DNA from: Lytechinus pictus
Lineage: Eukaryota
DNA length: 64,000 nt
Direction: 5' to 3'
Assembly (NCBI RefSeq): GCF_037042905.1
Contig: NC_087252.1
Location: 22,632,001 to 22,696,000, forward strand
In this document: in pieces, positions 51,901 to 61,995 of the stretch
How positions within the stretch are numbered: position 1 is the first letter of the stretch
Layout: every line of letters begins with the position of its first letter
The notes under the pieces: generated by a model
What the model was told of the DNA's origin: nothing
Seen by the model: the letters and a program-made list of their open reading frames with translations, nothing else
The model's database searches: none
Made by a program: the position numbers and the translations under genes

Positions 51901-54900
51901 TATATAATTGGACGCCGTTGACTATTATTGAATATATTATGAAACAGGCCTCAGAATCAATCTTTCTATGATGAAGTTTTATGATAAAGAAATAATTAAT
52001 AAAAGTACTTCAGGAGAGCCCCATGAAAGGACATGTTAATGTTTTACCTGACCGAGTCCTTTTTTATGACAGTTACCATGTAGTAACAGTCGTGATTCTG
52101 TGCTTCTTACTTAATCAAAATGAAGGAAAGTTGTCAAATCTGACAACTTGTCAGACAACATATGTCGATGAAACCCTTTCCTGGGAGGCGTTTCAAGGGG
52201 AGGGTTTCATCAACATTTTTGTCCAACAAGTTCTAAGGTCGGACAACTTTCCTTGATTATGATTGGCTGAGAAGCACTGTTACCATAGTAACTGTCGGAT
52301 AAAACAGTACTTGTCAGATAAAACGTTTTACAAGTCCTTTCATGTAACGCTCCCCTGAAAGGACTTGTCGGACGTTTTATCAGACAAGTCTTGTTTTATG
52401 CGACAGTTACTATGGTAACAGTGCTTCTCAGCCAATCATAATCAAGGAACGTTTAGTCAACTTGTCAGATGAAAAAATTGTTGATGAAACACTCTCCTGG
52501 GGCCCGTTTCAAAAAGGACTTGCAACTGTTGTAACTTTGCCATTATGGCAACTACCATGGAAACCTTGATTCTGATTGGCTGCTGAGTCCTGTTACCATG
52601 GTAGTTGCAAGTCCTTTATGAAACGGGCCCCTGAACAATGATAAGATACTGATTAGAAAAATTTACTTGTCCTGCAGGTCAGCGAATCTCTGAGTGAGCG
52701 GAAGAAGGTCCTTGAGAGACAGAACAAGGAACTTGAGAGAGAGGAAGAGAAGATTGCAAGGAGAAGAGCCAAACTGGAGGAAGAGAAAGAGAGACTGCAG
52801 CACGATCAAGAGGTAACATCAGTGACTTACCACTTTAACTATTTGTCTTGTGTATTATATATTTGCTTTGTGTATCATCCTTGCCATGTCGTCTTTATAT
52901 CTCTATGTCTAGTGTATTATGTCTCTTTACCTTCAGTATTATGTCTCATTGTACTCTCTTCTGAAATGAATTAGTTCACTAAAGTAGGTGTCCCATTCCA
53001 TAGACAACCTTGGATTATATCCATTTTGCCATAATTGTAACTCCCTTGCTTAATAGTTGATTTCATTCACACTTGCTTCCTAGTCATGTTACCATCATGT
53101 AAGTTACTGTCCCTTAATGTTACAAGGCTATTTCAAGTTTTGGTAATTGTACCTCAGGATGAATGTTGCTGTTCAGTCCATTACTAGACTATATGAATAT
53201 ATGAGACTTTAAAATAGTGATTTGGGGGATATGAAATAAAAATGCCCTTTCCTTGATAAACAATTTGCAATTTATCTCGAAAATGATATTTTGATATCTG
53301 CATACTTTTCACATTTTATATATAAAACCACTTTTTTAAAGCATAGAATGGGTTAGGAATTTCAGGATAAAATCTCTGTACCTGTGTTCTTTCCAACCAC
53401 TAGATTTGTAAGGTAAGTTTGGTTGGCATTTAAAAAATAGAAATTATACTGAGAGAGGACACTGTAAATCTTTATAGATTTCAATATCAAATTTTCCGGG
53501 GTCAGTGGCTAGAAAAAATGTACACTTTTGTAGAATTGGAGTTTTAGAAGCTACTCAAGTATTACATAACCTTTACCATAGCTTAAGCATGAGCATTTCA
53601 ATTTTCATGCAATGGGGCCCAAGTTGGTATCAATCTGTTTCTTTGAATTGCCCGGATTGCAGGAGGTTCTGGAGATGAAGGGAAGGAATGGAGACATCTC
53701 TCAGATGGAAGATATGGAGAAGGAGAGACAAGAACTGGTTGCAGCGATCAAGAAGGAGAGAAGGATGCTACACGAATTGGAGAAGGAGAAGAAACAGATG
53801 GAGGGGAAAGTCAAGAGTCTGCATGCACAGTCTAGGTGGGTATTATTTATCAGAAGAGAGAGACAGAGAGATTAGAGGGAGGTGCAGAGAAGAAGTAATT
53901 TGTCAAAACTTGCAAAAAGCATGCATTTTCAGAATGGTATCGCGTTCATGGTTTAGGTATGATAAAGAGAGAAAGGGAGAGAGAGAAAAAAGAAAAGAAA
54001 TGGGGGAAAAGTGTATGGGAAGGAGGCACAGGTGTGGCAAGGAGAGAAGGAAAAGAAACTGATGGAATGTGCATTATTTGTTTTATAAAATGGGCATGTA
54101 GTATGAATTTGTAGTGGAAAGGTTCAAACCCTCCAAATTTTCGAGGAAAAGACACTGATGGAAAGAATCAGAAATAGTTGTGATACTGAATATGCACTGT
54201 TTAGAAATTATTATCATTTATATTTTACAGACATTTAAATGGGGGCCTCGATGAAGGCATGACCAATGGTTACCATGACAACCCCTCCACTCCACATGTC
54301 TCACGTTCCAGAAGGAAAGCAGACGTTCCCGACACACCAGATGTTGACCTATTAGACCTGAATGAGCTTGACCCTCTCACGCCCTCCCCTACGAAACAGG
54401 TCCGTCAAATGGTACATCCGAGAGACTTGGCAAAATCTCCTACTGGTCGGGATGTTCCATTCTCAACGGGTAAGTATTTCCTTTCTAAATGAGAACATTT
54501 TTATCTTAGTGCTACTATTCAAATTATCCCTTACAACATAAGACTGTCAAAAGATACATCCCAGAGATTTGGCAAAATCTCCTACTGGTCGGGGTGTTCC
54601 ATTCTCAACTGGTAAGTATTTCTTTTCTAAATGAGAACATTTTTATCTTAGTGCTATTATTCGAATTATCCCTTACAAAACAAGTCTGTCAATTGGGACA
54701 TCCCAGAGACTCAGCAAAATCCCCAACTGGTCGGGATGTTCCATTCTCAACGGATGAACATTGCTTTTCAAAATTACATATTTTTTAAAATTCTAATTCT
54801 CATTTAGTCTGATGCCCAGTTAATCCAATTTCCACTTTATATACAAATATTTTTGCAATTTGTCAACTGAAAAAAAATGACTTAGTGGATATTACTATGA

Positions 54901-57900
54901 GACAAAATGAATATAGTCTAACTGGAAATAAGACAAAATGGTGAATGGACTAAATGGCAATTTGACCAAAAGGGAAGAAGACTTAATACTGGCTTATACC
55001 CTGTGGGACAAGACCAAAATGAAAGTAGATTAAGTGGCAAGGTGTCCATCCTTTCATATTGTCTTGCAGAGCTTGATGACGAGGATGACTATGAGATGCC
55101 GCGTGGGGGAAGGAGGTATGCCTCTCACAAGGCAAGAGGAAAGCGAGCTGCCTATGACGACGATCAGATGTACAATCCTCCTCTCCCATCGAGACATAGA
55201 GGGCGCCATGCATGGCAATACATGGAGTCTGATGCTTCAGAGGAGTTTGACGATGTGACTGCTAGGCGACAGATGGCTAAGAGGTTAGTTAAGTAAGAAA
55301 AACTAGATCTTGGCCCCGTCTTACAAAGAGTTACGATCGATCTTATTAATCTCAACTATATCGAAATCCATCATTATAATTTATTATACAAGAAATTTGC
55401 AAAATGTCCTCATTACCAAAGGGGAACACAGCAAATTATCAAGAGAACAATATATGTATGAGTATACGTTTATCATCTAGAAATAATTTTGAGCAAACGC
55501 ATTTTAGATGTTGGCGTTGCTGGCTTTCCATAGTTGTAGTTGATCGAATCAATCACAATACTTTGTTAGACAGGGCCCTGCTGTCTTAGTTTTACAGTCT
55601 TGGTTAATTGTAATGCTCAAATTGACAGGGCCAAGTCTTTTCCCCTGATTCGGCCACTCTATTTTGATAAATTATATTTGATTTTCATCTGTATTAAATA
55701 ATAAATGAAATGTGTATGGGTATGGTTTGAGCCAAGTTCATGTACATTCATATCAAATATTTGAATTTGTTTCCAGTGACCTTCGTCTGCGTCTTGCGGA
55801 GGAGAATGGAGCCATCCGTCGAGCCAAAGACTTCTTGAAGCGCCAAAAGAGACAGCTTCATCAGCAGAAATCTGCTTTGGAGGATGCGAAGACGGAATGG
55901 AGGAGAGACCTCAGACACGGCTATGAAGAGAATGGAGACACGGCGAAGGGAACACCGCTGGTATACGAAGATGTGCGACTTGGATTGGAGAGGGTAAGAA
56001 TGAGAGAATGAAGAGATGGAAAAGATTGAGGGATAGTTGGATCGAAGGGAGGAATGAGAGAATGTATATATAGGAGAGACCTCAGACACGGCTATGAAGA
56101 GAATGGAGACACGGCGAAGGGAACACCGCTGGTATACGAAGATGTGCGACTTGGATTGGAGAGGGTAAGAATGAGAGAATGAAGAGATGGAAAAGATTGA
56201 GGGATAGTTGGATCGAAGGGAGGAATGAGAGAATGTATATATAGGAGAGACCTCAGACACGGCTATGAAGAGAATGGAGACACGGCGAAGGGAACACCGC
56301 TGGTATACGAAGATGTGCGACTTGGATTGGAGAGGGTAAGAATGAGAGAATGAAGAGATGGAAAAGATTGAGGGATAGTTGGATCGAAGGGAGGAATGAG
56401 AGAATGTATATATAGGAAAGACCTTAGGCAAGGCTATGAAGATAACGGAGACACGGCGAAGGGAACACCGCTGGTATACGAAGATGTGCGACTTGGATTG
56501 GAGAGGGTAAGAATGAAGGAATGAAGAGATGGAAAGATTGAGGGATAGTTTGAAGAGAGTTATTGGAGAATGGAAGAGAGATAATAGGGCGAAACTATGA
56601 AGAGAATGGAGACATAGTGAAATGAACGCCGCTGATATATGAAGATGTGTGACTTGGTTTGGAGAGGTTAAGAATGAAGGAATGAATGGATTGATTGATT
56701 TAAGGATGGTAAGGTGGATAACAAAAGACAAAAAAAACATGCATAGATTTTGTATGTTTTTAAAAAGCTTTATGAAACGGGCCCCCTGTTTATAACCCAT
56801 TTAGTTATGGACAGCTTTATGAGATAACTCCCAGATTTTCATATTGTGTGTGTGATAACTCTTACCCACAGGAGGCACTGGAGTTGGACAAAGCCTTGGT
56901 GAACTATACAACCGGGAGCCGTCTGGTGAGAGAGAAGGAGTCTAAACTCAAGAAACTAGAAGAGTCTCTCAATGACAAAGTGAGTATACCATTTCACTAA
57001 GAAAAGTTAGTGTGCATACAGGGGAGGGGTTTGGTTGGTTGGGTTGGGTTGGGTTGGTTGGTTGGCATTGAAATGCAAATCAGAACACCATGTTCATTTT
57101 GAGTGATACCTTAGGAAACAATACTAGGACCAGTATTGATTGATTCACATTTGGCAGTTGAAATATTGATTGCTGTTTTATTGATGATTATCAATTGATA
57201 CACATTGCTTAGTTATTATGATCATTATGGTCATCATACAGAGGTAGAGATGTTGGCCAACATTCGGAGGCAAACCGAGACACCATGTTTATTCTGAGTG
57301 ATTCCACAGGGAGCAATACTAGGACCATTATGATTTATTCAAAGATTGAACAATTGCATGAAAGGAAGCTTTGATCGACTAACCGGTTGATTGATTGATT
57401 GACAAAATGTTGTGTTTATTATGGTCATTAGGATATATACAGAGGGAGAGACATTGGCCAGCATTCAGAGGCAAATCAGGACACCATGTTTATTTTGAGT
57501 GATTCCTCAGGGAGCAGTCCTAGGACCAATAGTAGCACCAGTGGGGATGAGTCTTATAAACAAGGTATTTTCAATCTTTATTTTGACTTCAATTTATTCA
57601 TTTATGATTAATAATACCACGTTCCCCCTTTCGTAGCTGATCACGAAAAGTTTTGAACCGTCCAAAAAAATTTCTACAATCAAAATGATTGCCACAACTG
57701 ACCTCAAGATCTGATAAGATCTGACACGATCACTACGATTACTCCACGATTTTCATTTAGATCACTGCTTCAATGACGGGAATCATGATAGCGGGAACTA
57801 GATATTAGCAATCATGAAATGCTATTTTTTTTTTTTTACTTGTTATTCATATTCAGTTTACATTTGCAATAAAAATACTGAATAAAATATATTTGTGTGT

Positions 57901-60900
57901 TCTGCATTTCCTTTTTTCCTGAAGGAAAAACAAGAAATATGATTATTTGAATTCAATTATTCATTGTACATTTGAAACAAAATTTTAAATGAAAGAAATT
58001 GTATGTACTGTATTTCTCTGTTTTTTTTTTTTTTTCAACAACAAGAATTATGTCTTTCTTAACACTCAAACATGGCACATTACTCGTTGACCTCTTTGTA
58101 AAATATCCCTTAGGCATTGCACTGTAACTAACCTTCCCATTTCCTTGTGTATTGTAATCTAGATATAAGAGGTCACCATTCTAAGAAGAAGGGGAAAGTG
58201 AAAGGAATGAAGCAAGATGAGTCGTCTCAAGTTATCTCCTCTCTGAACAGTCTGAACAATCAGTTGCAGAATGTGATGACCGTGCTGAAACAACGGGAAC
58301 CCCCGAATGCACCCGGTAAGCTGCAGAATGTAGACTGAGCTGTTGTGGCTCAGTGGATAAGTCTCCGCAATTTGAACCACAAGGTCCGGGGCTCAAATCC
58401 CACCGCAGCACTCGCGTTCTTTGGCAAGGTGTTTATCTACATTTGCCACTTTCCACCCATGTGTAATTAATGGGTATCCGGTAGAAAGGAATTCCTTGAA
58501 TGCTCGAGCGTGCGATCAGGATAGCCATGCTTAAGCCAGGTTAATAGTAAGCAGCACTTAGAGACATTTGTATTAAGAGCTATATTAATGTTGCATATTA
58601 TTATTAAGCAAATTAATAAAAAAATGGTTGCTTTGAATTTTTCATGGAAATACCACGTAAATAACAGCCTTCTTTGATGGTCTACCAGCATAGCAAATAC
58701 ATGAGGGTGGCAGGCAATCTCGCCCCCCCCCCCCCCCCCCCGACAGCCCAAATCGCCCCTAAAATTCTCCGAAAATGCATGCTTCGGGGCGACCGTTCTT
58801 TTTAGAGTCACCCCAAGATCTCTCACACACAATATTCAAGATTATTTAGAAAAACAATACTCTGACTAACCTTGGCAGAGTAACAATATTTGCTTTTACT
58901 GCATAATTGCTTGTTGCCCCTAAAATGAAAGAAATAGCCCCAAAAATTCTGCAATGGCTCTCATGATAGCCCCTAAAAAATAAAAATTATACCCTACCCT
59001 GTGGTCTATCAAAAGTCACAAACAAAATAAGGGAAATGAGACTGGGAATGGCCCCACTGAAGTCAATGTATTATTGGCCAGATTCCTAAGATTTAGAACC
59101 AGGGCAATAATACATGTACATTGACTTCAATGGGGTTAATTATGTATTCATGAGGTCATATCTCAGGCCCCCATGGACCGATTCCCACCACATGTGAGTG
59201 GGGGGGGGGGTTATCATGCTCTACCAAAATATGGTATCAAAAACGCTGAAATGAAAAAAGTGAAAATTGATGACGTCACACTTCGGTACTCTATAATGTT
59301 AGATTGGACAGTTTTGTGAAACATTACACTGGTTTTGTAGCCACCTATGGAAAGCCATCGACTTCAATCTATAGAAAGGATGTTCTTTCTGTTTGTCTTG
59401 TTTATGAATACTCATGCATGCATCATAGTATTGACCAATCAGTGTACTCTTCTTTGTTTCCATAGAGATAGAGTGTATGGTCCGTATTCTGAAGTCGGGT
59501 TTAAGTTAAACCTTGGTATAACTATGCTAATATTATGGGGAGCCAAAAATTCTGTTTATATTGTATATTTCTTATGTTTACTATTTTGTTTCCTTTTGCT
59601 TTCATAATGAAGAAAGTCCTTCAGTTATCATTCCCAGACCATTATAAACAATTTGAGTGTCAAATGAGTTAATAAAGTGGATGTGTACTGTGAGGGATTC
59701 GTGCCCCAATTGGATCTCCATACTTAAACCACAACTTTAAACCAGGTTTTAATTTAAACCAGAGTTCAAAATACGGGCCTACATGTATGTGTCCTAGGTG
59801 TATGATTATGATATCAATGGATTTTCTTATTTGTGATTAATCAGGTCAGTTGTGGCTATTTTTGTGACAGGGTCCCAATATACATGTAATATGTCATTTG
59901 TTTTCTTTCAGGTGGCCCCACACCAGGCTCTTACTCCACCTCTCCTACAGGGGGAATACCTCTTCAGAATGGAGCCCATGTACCGTACTCCCACCCACCT
60001 CATGAATATGCAAACCCTCATTCATATGCCCCGCCCCCACAATCTGCTTTACCTCGAACTTCATATGCAGTGCCTTCGACTGGGCCACTCCCTTATCATG
60101 GCCCTGCAGGGGCTTATGATTATTCATCAGCTGGTAGGCGTGGCCTAGGAGGGGGCGGGACCGAGAGGCCGTACACGGTAGGAGGGGGCCGGTTGTTTGA
60201 TCCGGTCAATCCTCAGTATGGGCTGGAGTCTGCTGAGCAAGCCATGGGGCGGAAGTGGAGGAAATATTTTGGAGGTAAGATGTTAATTTGATGCATCAAA
60301 CGCCTGTTGCAGAGAGTTGCTTTTAAAGGCAACTTTAAAAATCACGCGCAAGTCCTTAAAACGTGCGTTTCGTTGGTTAAAAATCTAGTTGGTGATATTT
60401 CGCAACTCTTTCTAATGTAGGCGTATCAACACTTTTTTTATTGTTTCGTAATGTAAAATGATAGAAAGAAAATGTTAAAGGTTTGAGATGTTAACTTTCC
60501 TATTTCATCCAAACATATGTACACATGTTACCTTTTAAATTAAGTTTTATCAATTGGAAATCCAGAAAAATATCCCATTCCCCCTGCCCCCCCCCCCCCT
60601 CCCTCTTCCTATTTCTTTCTGGAATCCTTTCTCTGCTTTTCTGAATGCATTTCATGACATATAATGTATTTTCAACTGCCTCATGTATTTTGATGAAGTG
60701 TGTTAAGTCTTTCTTGCTAAGGTCAGGTTAACAATGCTGCATTATTGAAGAGCCCTTGAAGACCGAAGATAAAGTAATCTGATAAGTGCTATAAAGCGAG
60801 TATTCTTTGTTATTGTGACAATTTGTTTATCATTCTATTTTAATAGATGAGAGGAGAGCGGGTGCCCCAGGTTTTCCAGTAACGGGCAATGAGAAACCGA

Positions 60901-61995
60901 CGTTTGGAGGCTACATCTCAGCCAGGTATGGTCATCTCATTCTGTGTTTGTTTAATCAAATCCAGCATGAAAAGATTTGTAATTGCCATGATAACGATGA
61001 TGATGATGCTCATGGTGGTGATTATTACAAAGATAATTATGATGATAATGATGATGATGATGATGATTATGGTGGTGATGATTGATGATAATGTGGATGA
61101 TGATGATGATGAGGATGATGGTGATGAAGATGATGATGATGAATCTACCTGAGTCGAATCTGTTGGGACCACAAGAATCTGTTTGACTTGGGCAAAGTCA
61201 ACTATAAAAAAACATGCTTTGCATAATCTGGTCTTAATAAATCTCTTGCCTATTGAAAAAACAAGCTATACCAATTTCCATGCAACTATATATTTTCCAC
61301 ACATTAAAAAATATATATAACTCTTGCTCGTCAGGGACCAACTGAGAAGTTTTAGAGATCCTGGCCCAATGACCTCCAGACCTGTTCCTACGTCAACAGA
61401 CCCAAGCACAGGAACTCAGAACAGATTGGTTGAGCTCAATGACTGGTTGAAGAAGCATCGGATGAGTGGGGCGTTGAACGTCGCGGACCTGGAGCCCACC
61501 GTGTATCCTTACATGTTCTTCAATGTTTTGAAATTAACCAAATTTATTTCTTATCAAGTAATGAAATCCGTAATAAATAGTTTTTACAGCCATCTGTATC
61601 AATTTGCATTCCATTTCATTTTCAAATCATACAGGGATCTATTTTGAATCGCCTTAATTTACAGAAGCGTGACATATGTACATGTGTCTTCCACTTTTCC
61701 AACTGCAATCCTAGTAGCACAACTTCACTATACATGTATAAGATGTTAAGAAAATATTCTCTATTTTTATTGCAAGTTGTAATCAGTTATCTAGATTATG
61801 TTTTATACAAATGCAATATAGACACGCATTATTGATGGTCTTCCTTAATTTGAAGAAACTCTTAGATCGGGGAGTGAGAGTCGGCGATCAGCGAACAATT
61901 CCATCGCGGGGACCAGCTTGGCCAGTCAGAAACCAGCCCAGACCAGGCTTGAGCTGGACTCCAACAACCAGATAAGAGTTAGAGAAGTCAGGTGA
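32473..61995 (+). CDS. CEP164: Centrosomal protein 164 orthologue, ~1438 aa, 29 coding exons: join(32473-32536,35683-35797,36702-36924,37230-37352,38720-38824,39811-39873,40765-40842,41682-41777,42459-42575,43236-43384,44915-45154,46123-46254,46757-46928,48185-48307,48580-48699,49908-50030,51674-51835,52678-52812,53663-53835,54231-54469,55070-55283,55777-55993,56872-56979,57432-57564,58163-58315,59912-60274,60847-60925,61335-61502,61866-61995)
   Basis: N-terminus [89 protein letters not shown] is the CEP164 WW module. It is followed by a long E/K coiled coil. C-terminal [17 protein letters not shown] and [11 protein letters not shown] resemble vertebrate CEP164 motifs as I recall them. All junction phases agree; total 4317 nt including the stop. 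Confidence 0.92.
33693..35532. mobile_element. Probable non-autonomous DNA element carrying an internal minisatellite
   Basis: Ends are rich in (aatcg/cgatt) subrepeats with an inverted agttaagctt/aagcttaact pair; inserted in a (TAG)n tract; boundaries approximate. Confidence 0.45.
33960..34990. repeat. 110-bp minisatellite, ~9.3 units (10 unit starts), two unit variants
   Basis: tggtgatagcgg at 33968, 34078, 34189, 34299, 34409, 34519, 34629, 34739, 34849 and 34959. Confidence 0.95.
35912..36077. mobile_element. Short GGG(C/T)CCCG-terminus MITE (Harbinger/Tourist-like)
   Basis: gggtcccgttgcat ... atgcaacgggaccc; related short elements at 40306-40444, 48915-49060, 52500-52631, 55311-55578 and 62582-62712. 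Confidence 0.75.
36278..36470 (-). mobile_element. 5'-truncated SINE copy
   Basis: Near-identical to 19313-19500. Confidence 0.8.
37365..37927. mobile_element. Double fold-back non-autonomous element with an internal complementary junction
   Basis: Arm 1 is a palindrome at 37365-37503; 37504-37531 is the inverted complement of 37901-37927. Confidence 0.65.
38000..38440 (+). pseudogene. Three decayed copies of CEP164 coding exon 4
   Basis: Translations [39 protein letters not shown] and [14 protein letters not shown] align with exon 4 [23 protein letters not shown]. Confidence 0.8.
38910..39212. repeat. ~300-bp imperfect inverted repeat (fold-back element)
   Basis: acactctctacaacgca...gtcgaaagttggtggactg mirrored by cagtccaccaactttcgac...tgcgttgtagagagtgt. 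Confidence 0.8.
40855..41230. repeat. (GAT/GGT)n microsatellite
   Basis: Directly visible; starts just after the donor at 40843. Confidence 0.95.
42576..43180. repeat. (GAT/GGT)n microsatellite filling most of an intron
   Basis: Directly visible; source of the M/V-, D/G- and I/T-rich ORFs. Confidence 0.95.
43720..44990 (+). repeat. 146-bp tandem array of the CEP164 exon-11 acceptor plus the first 76 exon bases
   Basis: cag|gagag starts at 43747, 43891, 44039, 44185, 44331, 44477, 44623, 44769 and 44915 (the complete exon). Confidence 0.95.
46990..47210 (+). mobile_element. SINE copy (5'-truncated)
   Basis: gtgctgcactcaacccaggtgaggtgaatgggtacc core. Confidence 0.8.
47215..47630 (+). mobile_element. 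DINE-1/HINE-like non-autonomous element, degenerate
   Basis: Two aaggtcaaagg-containing core repeats; 3' short hairpin ending ctcttgtt. Confidence 0.5.
49113..49322 (-). mobile_element. Fragment resembling the N-terminus of Crypton/DUF3504-type proteins
   Basis: aaaaATGGCG start; [44 protein letters not shown]; truncated and antisense in an intron. Resemblance is from memory only. Confidence 0.35.
50335..51281 (+). mobile_element. Helentron-associated (HINE/DINE-1-like) element with four internal core repeats
   Basis: Sub-terminal IR gtctcacctgc / gcaggtgagac (51249-51259), 5' partial IR gtgagac, (GGC)n tract, four ~160-190-bp repeats with aaggtcaaaggtcat, T-rich insertion site. Confidence 0.8.
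52012..52631. mobile_element. Cluster of adjacent short MITEs of one family
   Basis: Repeated aaaggacttgtcggacgttt...gttaccatagtaacagt...ttgatgaaac units in both orientations; homologous to 40306-40444. Confidence 0.7.
54385..54755 (+). repeat. 142-bp triplication of the CEP164 exon-20 3' end plus donor
   Basis: gttccattctcaac(g/t)g ends at 54469, 54611 and 54753; GTAAGT is kept in copy 2 and lost in copy 3. Confidence 0.9.
55900..56680 (+). repeat. 171-bp tandem array of the CEP164 exon-22 3' end plus donor
   Basis: cttggattggagagg|gtaaga at 55993, 56164, 56335 and 56506, plus a degenerate copy at ~56667. Confidence 0.95.
57010..57530 (+). repeat. Two decayed upstream copies of the CEP164 exon-24 5' part
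   Basis: acaccatgtt(c/t)att(t/c)tgagtga...ctaggacca at ~57085, ~57279 and ~57481 (the exon). Confidence 0.8.
58337..58605 (+). mobile_element. tRNA-derived SINE
   Basis: tggctcagtgg A box, ggctcaaatccc B box, (ATT)n tail. Confidence 0.75.
59479..59779. mobile_element. MITE family A copy
   Basis: ggtccgtattctgaagtc ... ttcaaaatacgggcc. Confidence 0.75.
60988..61142. repeat. (GAT)n microsatellite
   Basis: Directly visible. Confidence 0.95.
61503..61865 (+). other. U12-type (minor spliceosome) GT-AG intron, last intron of CEP164
   Basis: 5' splice site GTATCCTT; branch site TTCCTTAAT at 61841-61849; AG at 61864-61865 with no polypyrimidine tract; splicing restores the frame to the conserved C-terminus. 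Confidence 0.85.

Noticed and set aside
55748..56800. 350-aa antisense repeat protein
   Set aside because: Open only because the 171-bp unit is a multiple of 3; antisense to CEP164 exon 22 and its copies.
61503..61647. Read-through of ORF 61324-61647 as the normal CEP164 C-terminus
   Set aside because: The tail is AT-rich and intron-like; the U12 splice gives the conserved terminal motif instead.
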